From assembly GCF_006345805.1 (NCBI RefSeq), contig NC_043017.1, positions 31,620,001-31,684,000 of the forward strand: a stretch of 64,000 nucleotides of DNA. Reading direction: 5' to 3'. The notes under the pieces were generated by a model that saw only the letters and a program-made list of their open reading frames with translations, was not told where the DNA came from and ran no database searches. Source of the DNA: Octopus sinensis (lineage: Eukaryota). Below, piece by piece: positions 1 through 11,810 of this stretch. A program made the position numbers and the translations under genes. Within the stretch, counting starts at the first letter, position 1, and every line of letters starts with the position of its first letter.

Positions 1-28
1 CGCCTTGTGAAGGAGAAAAAGATATATT

Positions 29-742
29 ATTTCTTTACTACCCACAAGGGGCTAAACATAGAGGGGACAAACAAGGACAGACAAAGGGATTAAGTCGATT
101 ACATCGACCTTCAGTGCGTAACTGGTACTTAATTTATCGACCCCGAAAGGATGAAAGGCAAAGTCGACCTCGGTGGAATTTGAACTCAGAACGTAACAGC
201 AGACGAAATATGGCTACGCATTTCGCCCGGCGTGCTAACGATTCTGCCAGCTCGCCGCCCTACATAATTGTTTCTTTATTACCCACAAGGGGCTAAACAT
301 AGAGGGGACAAACAAGGACAGGCAAAGGGATTAAGTCGATTACATCGACCTTCAGTGCGTAACTGGTACTTAATTTATCGACCCCGAAAGGATGAAAGGC
401 AAAGTCGACCTCGGCGGAATTTGAACTCAGAACGTAACGGCAGACGAAATACGGCTACGCATTTCGCCTGGCGTGCTAACGTTTCTGCCAGCTCGCCGCC
501 CCACATAATTGTTTCTTTATTACCCACAAGGGGCTAAACATAGAGGGGACAAACAAGGACAGGCAAAGGGATTAAGTCGATTGCATCGACCCCAGTGCGT
601 AACTGGTACTTAATTTATCGACCCCGAAAGGATGAAAGGCAAAGTCGACCTCGGCGGAATTTGAACCCAGGACGTTACGGCGGATGAAATACGGCTACAC
701 ATTTCGCCCGGCGTGCTAACGTCTCTGCCAGCTCGCCGCCTT
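29..742 (-). mobile_element. Head-to-tail trimer of tRNA-derived SINE family A (about 235-bp units)
   Basis: Minus strand: A-box-like TGGCAGAAACGTTAG and B-box-like G(A/G)GTTCAAATTCC in each unit. Linkers CTACATAATTG and CCACATAATTG. Direct repeat at 1-28 and 737-764. Confidence 0.9.
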
Positions 743-1394
743 GTGAAGGAGAAAAAGATATATTGATGTTGGCGACCCTTCCTGAATTGCAATGGTTAAT
801 TCTTTAAACAAACAAAATAGTTAACTTTTACTGAGTTTTTGATATCTTTCTATGTTTTCTGTTAAAAAGTGAAAAGAAATTAATTTTAGAATTTCTTTAT
901 CAATATTTGTTCAGGCATACATCTAAAATTCGGATTATACTACGATTATTTCTTTTTTATTCTTATATTTTGGACATTAAATTTTATCGGAAAATCCAAT
1001 ATTGCAAAGAGCATCGTTATGATATATACGAGGCGCTAATTAATGTGGCTTCGCTAATGATAATATAAAGATAGGTTTATTAATATTCAGAAATGAAATT
1101 TCTTAGAATATTGGTGCGGCTGACTGAAATTCTTATTTATTGAAACTAATTTTGTGTTGCGTTATAAGTGCAGAGTTTGTGTCTAAGTTTAACCGTACTT
1201 AGATTAGCTTCAGCTATAATTCTTAATCTTGAACCAACAAATAAATTTATGCGATTTTCTTACATATCTAATTCATCTTTCTTGTTGCATGATTCCAAGA
1301 GGCTACTGTCTCCATAGCCTCTGCAAAGATGACCTAATATTATGGGAAATGTTTTCTGCAGTCTAAGATATTGCTTCCGATACTTTGTCATTCA

Positions 1395-1810
1395 ATTACT
1401 CTTACTCTTTACTCTTTTACTTGTTTCAGTCATGTGACTGCGGCCATGCTGGAGCACCGCCTTTAGTCGAGCAAACCGACCCCGGGACTTATTCTTTGTA
1501 AGCCCAGTACTTATTCTATCGGTCTCTTTTGCCGAACCGCTAAGTGACGGGGACGTAAACACACCAGCATCGGTTGTCAAGCAATGCTAGGGGGACGAAC
1601 ACAGACACACAAACATATACACACACATGCATATATATACATATATACGACAGGCTTCTTTCAGTTTCCGTCTACCAAATCCATTCACAAGGCATTGGTC
1701 GGCCCAGGATTATAGCAGAAGACACTTGCCCAAGATGCCACGCAGTGGGACTGAACCCGGAACCATGTGGCTGGTTAGCAAGCTACTTACCACACAGCCA
1801 CTCCTGCTCC
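1395..1810 (-). mobile_element. tRNA-derived SINE family B (CORE-like, internal microsatellite, AAAGAGT tail)
   Basis: Head GGAGCAGGAGTGGCTGTGTGG, B-box GGTTCAGTCCC, CORE-like CTTGGGCAAGT. Same consensus in about 20 other copies. Confidence 0.9.
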
Positions 1811-2468
1811 TGTAAACTTTTTTAAAAGCCACATTGTACGTCTATCTTCGTTTGTTTTTAACACACAAAAGTTGCCTTTGCGTTCTTACTTGCCTATTAC
1901 TTTACAGAGAGATAAAATTGTGTAGACATAGGCCACAGGCTTGAGAGTAAAACGTTTAGTTATGAGGCATGAAAATCAAAAATATCGAAACAAATAAAGT
2001 TGAAGCATAGTTGTTTGATAATACTAATAAATCATTCTATGTTCTATAAAGGGGATCTTTTCGGTTTGAACGGCAGTTTTTAACATAATTTCTTTTAAGC
2101 TTCGTATACTCGTAGAATGTGTTTATAAAACATCTTTTTCTCTTAGCTTTATTGAGAAAATTCTATAGTTTTTAAGCGTTGTGGTTAGGGTTAGGGGTGG
2201 GGGAAGGGTATCTTTTTTTCTTCACAAATGTAAATAAACCCAATCTGTTTCTTAAACGAGGGACATATTCATACGGCACAGAATGTTTTCACCTCCAATA
2301 GACGTCGGTGATTGGTTGAAATTGCAGAAATTGAAGAAACAAACAACAAATATCTTAGAAACTATAGAATTTTCTCAATAAAGCCAAGAGAAAAAGATGT
2401 TTTATAAACACATTCTACCAGTATACGAAGTTTCAAATTTTTTAGTTACCTAGAAATTATGTTCAAAA

Positions 2469-3080
2469 TGTAGCGACCCTATAGCGGTGCGCGCTCGCGC
2501 ACCGTCCATTTGTATTTCGCGCGTGTTGGTGCCTTCACCAAGGCACAGAAAGGAAGGGCCCTCTCGCGCATGCGCGAACCACCGGAAGCACGACCCTTTT
2601 GCCTACCTGGTGGTTAGCCAAGGCAGGGGGGTCGTAGAACGTTTGACCGCTAGCAGCAGCAGCGGCGACTTGGGACAGCAGCGACCTAAGGAGCAGGACG
2701 TTAATATTTTCTCTCCGTTCGAACTGATTCTAGCAGTCCTTACCAAAAGGCCTTTAACCAAAATTGTTGCAGACCAACATCGTCTCCATTGTTCGACGCC
2801 ATCTTGAACCCCGTTATGTTTTGGCGGCTGAACATTGTAAATATTACAATCGATTAACTTTCAGCCTTGCGCGCCCAGAACCAAGGACATCAGATAACAC
2901 ACTTATTGTTATTGTTACCAAGAAAGAGAATAAAGTAGTATATATATATTTTACGTCTGCGTCTTGTTGTTTCTGACTGGTAGAGAATCTGGATTATTAA
3001 AGCAACGGTTAGTGAGTGATTGCTTTCTTGTACCCCGAAAGTACAAGACGGAGATATTCGCTCACATTAAGTTCGTTACA
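2469..3080 (+). repeat. 5' LTR
   Basis: TG...CA ends; duplicated at 4609-5222; AATAAA near 2929. Confidence 0.92.
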
Positions 3081-3081
3081 C

Positions 3082-3102
3082 TGGTGGACCCCCGACGTGA
3101 TT
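3082..3102 (+). other. Primer-binding site for tRNA-Trp
   Basis: TGGTGGACCCCCGACGTGATT versus the tRNA-Trp 3' complement TGGTGACCCCGACGTGATT (two extra bases), 1 nt after the LTR. Confidence 0.8.
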
Positions 3103-4596
3103 CTGGTCTAAAACCAGAGATCACTTATCAACAAAAAAAAAATCCAGTTTTTCTGCGAAGTCGGAACACGATTTAACTCTACGCATTCATCTTTCGACGA
3201 TTTGTTTCCGGCCACCACAAACAGTTGTAGAAGGAGCCTCTTTCTTATTCTACAGCCATGATGACGGACGCCATCATCTATTCGATGCCTTTTCTCCACC
3301 TTCGTCATCATCATCGTCGTCTTTCTACTTCACGTCGTCGCTATCTTCGTCGCCATCATCACTAAGAACGATGTTATCTCAAGTCCACTACAGTCGCCTT
3401 TCAACACCGTCGACCTCCACAAGATGTACATAGCAACTCGCGGAACTTTAGCGTGCACGCTGTTTTGTGCATATGCACACCAAGGATTCACAGCACCGTC
3501 TATCTACGAGATTCTTCTGTTCCAGTTAACCTGTCACAGCATCGAAGCTACAACCGCTACACATTGTGTTCAACCGGCATCTGCATTTTGTGATTTCAAC
3601 ATTTCTGTTACAGAACGAACTGCTATTGTGCATCAGGCTATTATAGACTGGTAAAATAACTCTTGTCTGAAATAGTCATGAGAGACATTTTTTCTATGCG
3701 CTGTTTTTATATTTTGCTCGCATTCACCTTGTATGTATTTTTGTCGCACACACGTACACACACATAAATGCTATCTCTCACATACATATGTCACACATGC
3801 TTTTCTCGCTTGTTTGTTCCATGCTGAATTTGCCTTTTGTGGACACCCCTCATTTCTATAGACCCTAGGTCGGTCACGTATACATAGAGAGTGTTGTTTG
3901 TCCATTATAACGCGCCAGCATGCCATACCTTCGTTCCTGTACGAACGAGGCATATAATCGCTCAACCACTGGCATATTCTTGCTGTTTTTCGGTCTGGCA
4001 AGCACTATTGCATTTCATGCGCCTTTTGCTTCGCACGTGTATTGCCTTGTTTTTGCAACACGTTTGCGTTGGCTTAGTTCTTTTCCCGACTCATAGGACG
4101 TCGGATGTTCACATGCGCTGCGCCATGTTTAGGCGTAATTATTTTTCTCTGTTAGACCACTGTTGGTCACGTAATTAACAGAAAATTATCTGTGTCGCGC
4201 ATCACACCAGCATGTTTGCACTTTTGCCTTTTGTGTTACTAGCGAGCTTCTGTCAATTCCATTTCCTCTCCTGCAGCAATTGATTTAACTGCTATTTTGC
4301 AGGATCAACTACCTTTAGAGAAGTTGGATTTTAATTTCGCCTAGGTACATTAACTGTGAGTTCTGCCTTTTCTTCCGCTCCCTTCAGCGGAAGGGTTCTA
4401 TACTTTGTGACGTATACACTTTCATGCATGCACTCTTGATTTTTGCTCATTGAGTATTTTTTCTCTTTTTCCTTTAGTAAATTTCTTGTGTATGTTATAA
4501 ATTTTGCCATTATATTATTGTGTGCTATTTGGTTATCTGGTGTCCACCTTGAGTTTTGCAGTCACTACAATAAGTTTCCTTTCGTGCGTACGCACT

Positions 4597-4605
4597 GGAG
4601 GGGAG
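4597..4605 (+). other. Polypurine tract
   Basis: GGAGGGGAG, 3 nt before the 3' LTR. Confidence 0.7.
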
Positions 4606-4608
4606 CCT

Positions 4609-5222
4609 TGTAGTGACCCTATAGCGGTGCGCGCTCGCGCACCGTCCATTTGTATTTCGCGCGTGTTGGTGCCTTCACCAAGGCACAGAAAGGAAGGGCC
4701 CTCTCGCGCATGCGCGAACCACCGGAAGCACGACCCTTTTGCCTACCTGGTGGTTAGCCAAGGCAGGGGGGTCGTAGAACGTTTGACCGCTAGCAGCAGC
4801 AGCGGCGACTTGGGACAGCAGCGACCTAAGGAGCAGGACGTTAATATTTTCTCTCCGTTCGAACTGATTCTAGCAGTCCTTACTGAAAGGCCTTTAACCA
4901 AAATTGTTGCAGACCAACATCGTCTCCATTGTTCGACGCCATCTTGAACCCCGTTATGTTTTGGCGGCTGAACATTGTAAATATTACAATTGATTAACTT
5001 TCAGCCTTGCGCGCCCAGAACCAAGGACATCAGATAACACACTTATTGTTATTGTTACCAAGAAAGAGAATAAAGTAGTATATATATATTTTACGTCTGC
5101 GTCTTGTTGTTTCTGACTGGTAGAGAATCTGGATTATTAAAGCAACGGCTAGTGAGTGATTGCTTTCTTGTACCCCGAAAGTACAAGACGGAGATATTCA
5201 CTCACTTACTAAGTTCGTTACA
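4609..5222 (+). repeat. 3' LTR
   Basis: Near-identical copy of 2469-3080. Confidence 0.92.
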
Positions 5223-5609
5223 AAAACGAAAAGATCCAAAGTCTTTTCTTTTTCAATAGTTGTACACCTTTACTACGAATCTTACTACGTCTATGAGATT
5301 GCAAGATTCTGTTTTGAAAGAGCCAAGTTCTTTCTTTGCTGGCTAATTACAAATTTCATTTTACATTTTAAAATTATTTTTCCTGTACTCTTTGCCAATA
5401 AAACACAAACAGAACTTAACACCATTTCTAATTTCAGAATTCCACTTTTTCGTTTCTTTATGCTCAATAACTTTTAATTCCGTTTTACTTCTTTCGCTAT
5501 AAAAAATGTTTGCTTTCAGTTGTGCACGGTCACACACACACACCCCTCACCCTTGTTCTCGCACACACACACACACACACGCACGCACGCACAAACACAA
5601 GTACACACA

Positions 5610-5720
5610 CAAACACTCTCTTATTAGTTTTTGTTGAAGAGCGTAGGCTTGAAACGCAAAAGACACCTGCTTGTTTAAACACCTGTCCTCGTCTTTCGTT
5701 TTTCTATAAATTTCAACTAT
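5610..5720 (+). mobile_element. Family D fragment (Penelope pLTR-like) with degenerate hammerhead
   Basis: TTGTTGAAGAGCGTAGGCTTGAAACGCAAAAGAC, homologous to 9165-9203; flanked by (CA)n and (GT)n. Confidence 0.6.
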
Positions 5721-5953
5721 ATGCGAGTGTGTGTGTGTGTGTGTGTGCGTGCGTGTGTGTGTGTGCGCGTGCGTGTGTGTGTGTGTATACATCAGTGTGC
5801 GTTGAATAAATTGTCGCCTAAATCACGTAAAAATGAAAATAACACTGACATCTCATTTGACCATATATATATATATATATACCAAAATAACTAAAATATC
5901 TTTCCAGAAAAATGAATATTTCTTTAATGAAATTTCCTGAAAATACAGTTCAG

Positions 5954-6065
5954 AGGGTATAGATTCCGATTATATCGGAATTTTCTTCGAAAAATATTTT
6001 CCAAGGGCGGGGAGAGGAATTTCACAAATTTCAAAGCACGTCTGTTTTGTTTCTTCAAAAATCAG
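5954..6065 (+). CDS. Candidate internal exon, unknown protein (GIDSDYIGIFFEKYFPRAGRGISQISKHVCFVSSKI)
   Basis: 36 open codons ending at CAG|GTATGT; phase matches 6731-6824; weak acceptor. Confidence 0.25.
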
Positions 6066-6730
6066 GTATGTGGTTATTTTTTAATGATATTTTCTACAGA
6101 AACATTTCAGGGTGTGTAGATTACGTTCATATTTTAATTTAACATGAAAATTCAATTGGTGGACTTACACGCAAGCACACTGACAAAAATCAGATACATC
6201 TACAAAATGGAATTGAAATTTCGAAGATAAATTGTGATGTGTGTCAATGTGTACCTGTGTTTGCTCACCACTTTTTCTTTTAACATTAAATTCCGATATA
6301 ATCTTAATCTAGACACGCTGAAAGGTATTTGTAGAAAATTTCATTAAAAAATGTTCGTTTTTCTGGAAGTGATGAAGAAACAAATTTCAATGTGCAGCCT
6401 ATAAAATATTCTGAGCTTTCAACTTCTTTAGAAATGATTATTACAGTTCGCTATATATATTAGCCAACAGCACCAAAAGACATTCTGAAATGCAGGATTT
6501 CAAGAATTTACAAAGAGTGGTCCTAAAAGGACACTTAAAGTAATTGTAATAGTTGATGGTTATCACTTCAATAAGCGATTGAAAAATTAATGCAACAATG
6601 GTCAGACTTTTCACTTTTGTCACGTTAGTAGCATTAGAAAATGAGATACCATCGGCAGCTTCTATTTCACAACATTTATAGAATCGAATACAAAAATATA
6701 TGACTGTATTTCTAACTTTTACTATTTTAG

Positions 6731-6824
6731 AGGAAATGAAAGAAATTATAAGTTTGATCGAACTCAAGAACGTATAAACTACATCGATATCTTAACAGAA
6801 AAACTGGAAAAGTGTCCTTGTTAA
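6731..6824 (+). CDS. Candidate terminal exon (GNERNYKFDRTQERINYIDILTEKLEKCPC*)
   Basis: CTAAC branch point, TTTTACTATTTTAG acceptor, stop at 6822-6824, AATAAA motifs immediately after. Confidence 0.3.
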
Positions 6825-7685
6825 ATTTAATAAAAATAAAAATAAAAAGGGATGCAGATATCTCAAAAGTTAGCGTCAAAAAATTTGTATTTAGCCTCCA
6901 CTTAAATGAAGTTTCGTGAAGAACTGAAGCGGATATTTTAGAGTGTTTCTTGGGAATATTTCATAAGTACTCGAAGAATTTCGGCTTCAACTGCAGAATT
7001 TTTCAAGCCGCACTAAGCAAGGAGAGCATAATATTTTGCGTCACCGAACACGTTCAATAATTTGCAGAGATTTGAAACTTTAGATTCAACATGCGTGTCT
7101 AAAGGACAGCAACCTGAGTTTGCAATTTGAATTAACGTGAAAATGGTTGGTTATTCAATAGAAAGTATACCACTCCCATTATCTTCGAAATTGTGTATGA
7201 AATACTGGACCACAGAAATACAACTGCAGCCCATCTACGGACATTATCCACTCACCAAGTTTCATTCACAACGCTTTGAACATTCCACGGCTCTCAGAGA
7301 AGTCACTATCTCAAGATGTGACGCAGTGGGATCTCACAGGAGGCGTTATGATCGCAAAGATTCTTAAACATATACTTTGTCTACATGCTATGCAAATATC
7401 TTATTGTGAGCAAAATTGTTATGATATTTGAGCTATATATATATATACATATATATATATATAGTAAATCTCTGAGCGAGGTATAAACAGTAGCCGCACG
7501 ACAACGTGAAGTATATTTGCCACTTAAATATGGCTAACCCTTAAGGGTGGGTGCTACTGTAGCTTGTAGCCCCAGGAGGACACCTCCTCCAGCTGGCTAT
7601 TGACACACTTTCTGTATCCTATCCGTATTTGCAAAGGGAAGCCATCCTTCCCATCTTCAATCTGACATGATACACACGGACTCGA

Positions 7686-7687
<2 letters not shown>

Positions 7688-7758
<71 letters not shown>

Positions 7759-7763
7759 GTATG

Positions 7764-7857
<94 letters not shown>

Positions 7858-7862
7858 ATATG

Positions 7863-7911
<49 letters not shown>
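7688..7911. repeat. (TA)n microsatellite
   Basis: Direct observation; many other (TA)n tracts occur in the window. Confidence 0.95.
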
Positions 7912-7916
<5 letters not shown>

Positions 7917-8190
7917 AATCACGTGCTCATTTGACCGACCAGTCTATTCGATGTTGTTTCACATCACTGATCACAATGCATTTTTGCATTGTCTTACCTT
8001 TCAAATAACGCCACCCCAATGGCTAGGCAAGCAGGCCAACATTCCTCCCTGATCAAAAGGGGGGAATGGAGAAACGAGAGAAATGATGTGTTTTACTCAA
8101 GAACACAATGCACCCCGCACTCGGGGAATTGAACCGCCGATCAAGCCATCGTGAGTGCAAGAGTCGAACCACTAAGCCACGAGCCTTCAC
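7912..8190 (-). mobile_element. tRNA-derived SINE family E
   Basis: Head GTGAAGGCTCGTGGCTTAGTGG, B-box GGTTCAATTCC, tail CACGTGATTACGTG. Related copies at 33148, 37721 and 49558. Confidence 0.75.
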
Positions 8191-8314
8191 ACATATGCGC
8201 GCGCGCGTGTGTATGTGTACAAAACAGAACATAAAGAGACTAAAAGAGGGTATTCAATGTTCAAGAGTGAATGATAATTCATTAAACTGATTATCATTAA
8301 AATGATAATTCATA

Positions 8315-8705
8315 GGCGAAAGAGCGGCTGTGTGGTAAGTAGCTTGCTTACCAACCACATGGTTCCGGGTTCAGTCCCACTGCGTGGCACCTTCGGCAAG
8401 TGTCTTCTACTATAGCCTCGGGCCGACCAAAGCCTTGTGAGTGGATTTAGTAGACGGAAACTGAAAGAAGCCCGTCATACATATGTATATATATGCGTGT
8501 CTGTGTTTGTCCCCCTAGCATTGCTTGACAATCGATGCTGGTGTGTTTATGTCCCCGTCACTTAGCGGTTCGGCAAAAGAGACCGATAGAATAAGTACTG
8601 GGCTTACAAAGAATAAGTCGCGGGGTCAAGTTGCTCGATTAAAGGCGGTGCTCCAGCATGGCTGCAGTCAAATGACTGAAACAAGTAAAAGAGTAAAAGA
8701 GAGAG
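8315..8705 (+). mobile_element. SINE family B
   Basis: Full-length match to the family consensus. Confidence 0.9.
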
Positions 8706-9004
8706 TAAACTATACAGCCTCCCAAATGAAAATTTACTTCGAATTTCTCTCAGCCGGATTTATGTGCATACGGTATTTTTTCCTCTACCAGCGTAGAGAT
8801 TCCATTTTGCTGACATAAGAAAAAAATGTTACTGTATAACATAGTAAATTTTGTGTGAGAATTTGATGACAGTTACAGAAGTAGTAATAAAAATACAGTA
8901 TACAAAGTAATACGTAAGACATGCAAACACAAAACACACATGCACACACACACACATGCACACACACAAGCACAAGCACACACATACACACACACACATA
9001 TATA

Positions 9005-9299
9005 TTCAACCCTTTTATCAACCCTATTATCTCCCCTTATTTCGCTCTCGCGTCTCATGTTTGATCTTTGACCTCTGGCCGAAATCAGATCGCCATGTCG
9101 ATTCGTTAGCTACTGCACGCATTTTTTTTCTCTCCTTCTTTCTGTGTTTTTCTCTCTCTGTGTATCTTTCTGTTGAAGAGCGTAGGCTCGAAACGTTAAA
9201 GACTTGTTTTATTTATATTTCCTGAGCGCCATACTAATACAATTGTTCGTTTGTTTTCCACCTGCCTTCGTCTTTTGTTTATTTTCATAAAGCTTCCCG

Positions 9300-9300
<1 letters not shown>
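9005..9300 (+). mobile_element. Family D element (pLTR-like, microsatellite-flanked)
   Basis: Shared with 17975-18215, 43465-43545 and 52860-53065; ends CTTCCCGT|(TA)n. Confidence 0.7.
9165..9202 (+). ncRNA. Minimal type I hammerhead-like motif with A6U core
   Basis: TCTTT-CTGTTGA-A-GAGC/GTAG/GCTC-GAAAC-GT-T-AAAGA. Confidence 0.55.
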
Positions 9301-9335
<35 letters not shown>

Positions 9336-10876
9336 CATATGTATATTTATATATAAACGAAAATTCTTTTTATGTTGATATTTGTACGTGTACAAAATAT
9401 AATAGTGCAAGAAAAATAATGCATGTTCCTTTTATATACTTTGAATGCTTGTAAAACTGTTTTATGCCAGATTTGGTGAATTTTGTTGCTTATATCAGCT
9501 ATTTCAAGACACATTTTTGCAAAGTAAAATCTACGAAATTTACCAATAGAAAAAAAAAACTACTATTTCACAGCAGCCATTGAATCCGTTATCGCGAAAT
9601 AGTATCAATGATATCTTCTTATAGCGCAGGTTTTAGAGGTAAATGTTATGTTAATGCTTTTTTAACATGAGTGAAAATTCGGTTTATCTCCGAACGAAAT
9701 ATGCTTGAAAAACAGGCAGCAAAGCAAACAAATATATATGTTCATAAAACAAATTTTAAAACAATTCTTCGTGGATCAGAGATAATTCTTAGGTTACTAT
9801 TATTGTACAATATAGTAAAACTTTGGAAAGAGTTAACTTAGAATAATCGTCGGTATATCATACTTAAAGTAGATATAAGGCGAAAAGCAAATTAACTGCA
9901 GTACTTTTGGAGGGATAACATCTCTTATGGCTGCACCATGTCTAAAATAAAAAAAAGAAGTAGCTAACGAAAAACACTCAGTTGTGTTGGTAACAATACT
10001 TAATATACACTTCTGCTTTGTCAGTAGTATGTACCCACTGTTTTCCTATATCATTAGCGGTGGATTTTGTCTTAGCATACAACTAGCAGCTGATACGACA
10101 CTGACAAAGTTCGACAAAGCAGAATCATATATCTAGTATCCTCATCAACGGTCCTGTGCGATTTTCGCCTGCCACTGGTATAGTGTTGTGTTTTTAACCA
10201 CAGTACGTCCACAAGTGATGTTATTCCTGGAAGAAAATAGGAGTTAATTTGCCTTTCGTGATACTGTTGTTCGAAAAGTCTGAACGGTGCAAAGGTTGCA
10301 CAACAGTAATCATTGATCTTAATCCTATCATTTTTTTAAAAACAATCTCATGATATCTGGAAATTAATTGCAATTGAGCATGTGTTTATATCTAAGAACT
10401 TTCAAAAGTATCGATCCTCAAATTTAAACTACATACTGGGTTACACCATAAACTGTTCTTTGATTACATTTGGCGCTACATAGCATTAGCACAGTGAATG
10501 TAATTTATCACTACAATTACTATTACGAAGCCCTTCGTTACATGCATTAATGCATGAGACTGATCTGCAAAAATAGAAAAGCCGTATATAGATGTTAAGA
10601 TCTAAGTTTCTTAGCAACAATGTATCGTGGAATCAGAATAATTTTTGCATAAAATGGTTTCACTGTAATTTCAGTAAAAGTTGAATATGTTATTTTGCTT
10701 TTTATATTCTCAGCTAAAATTAATTCTTTCCTCTGAGAGTCTGAGTATCATATTCGTATATTTTAATCACATCGTTTCACTATGATTACAATTCTTAGTC
10801 CAAGTATATTTCAATTGAAATGTATGGTTATCGTACAAAAGTTTCATACTGTATTTTATATAATTGTAGGATAGGA

Positions 10877-10967
10877 AATGAGACATCCGGTTTCAGCTGT
10901 GAAGGCGCAGGTTTCAATAACATATATTTATGTATGTTTGCACATATGTACACACATATACATCTTA

Positions 10968-11011
<44 letters not shown>

Positions 11012-11164
11012 CATACATGTTCAAATGGAGTTATATATTACATATGAAATTAGGTATGTATATATGAATGTATACTAAGACGTATATATGTATACATATG
11101 TGCACATAGATAAATTTATGTCATTGTAACCTGCGCCTTCACAGCTGAAACCGGATGTCTCATT
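10877..11164. mobile_element. MITE with 47-bp TIRs and TA-rich interior
   Basis: AATGAGACATCCGGTTTCAGCTGTGAAGGCGCAGGTT... and its reverse complement, 2 mismatches. Confidence 0.8.
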
Positions 11165-11166
11165 AG

Positions 11167-11217
<51 letters not shown>

Positions 11218-11225
11218 TATATATA

Positions 11226-11638
11226 TACTCTTTTTACTCTTTTACTTGTTTCAGTCATTTGACTGCGGCCATGCTGGAGCACCGCCTTTAATCGAGCAAC
11301 TCGACCCCGGGACTTATTCTTTTGTAAGCCCAGTACTTATTCTATCGGTCTCTTTTGCCGAACCGCTAAGTAACAGGGACATAAACACACCAGCATCGGT
11401 TGTGAAGCAATGCTAGGGGTACAAACATAGACGCACAAACACACACACGCATATATATATATATATACATATATACGACGGGCTTCTTTCAGTTTCCGTC
11501 TACCAAATCCACTCACAAGGCATTGGTCGGCCTGAGGCTATAGTAGAAGACACTTGCCCAAGGTGTCACGCAGTGGGACTGAACCCGGAACCATGTGGTT
11601 GGTAAACAAGCTACTTACCACACAGCCACTCCTGCGCC
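11226..11638 (-). mobile_element. SINE family B
   Basis: Full-length copy. Confidence 0.9.
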
Positions 11639-11652
11639 TATATATATATATA

Positions 11653-11810
11653 CGAGGGAGAGTCAAAAATTATATGCACTCTTGTTTTTTTCAATGTATT
11701 TTACACAAAAGCAGGAGGAACAATTATGTCCCTTTTCTTTATAGTCTCCTTCCTTTTCGGTACACTTGATTCAGCGGTCCACAAGCTTGTGTATTCCCTC
11801 CAAGAAGAAT
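11653..11810 (-). mobile_element. Mariner 3' end fragment with TIR
   Basis: TA|CGAGGGAGAGTCAAAAATT TIR; minus strand encodes EGIHKLVDR*IKCTEKEGDY, resembling the mariner C-terminus. Confidence 0.7.

Larger units (their letters stand above)
2469..5222 (+). mobile_element. Non-autonomous Gypsy-type LTR retrotransposon (2754 bp), tRNA-Trp primed
   Basis: Two about 612-bp LTRs (TGTAG...TTACA) with only a few differences, AAAA TSD, PBS and PPT. No gag/pol ORF in the 1.5-kb interior. Confidence 0.92.
2053..5237. mobile_element. About 430-bp MITE with long imperfect TIRs, split by the LTR element
   Basis: Left end GGATCTTTTCGGTTTG is mirrored by CGAAAAGATCC (5227-5237). 2082-2175 is the reverse complement of about 2354-2465. 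Confidence 0.8.

Noticed and set aside
2185-2196. Interstitial telomere (TTAGGG)2
   Set aside because: Only two units, inside a MITE.
2487-2807. LTR-encoded ORF (also 4504-4947)
   Set aside because: No gag/pol similarity; a GC-rich chance ORF duplicated with the LTR.
6441-6767. Minus-strand 108-aa hydrophobic ORF as a receptor fragment
   Set aside because: Non-ATG start, no recognisable motif, AT-rich codon bias explains the hydrophobicity.
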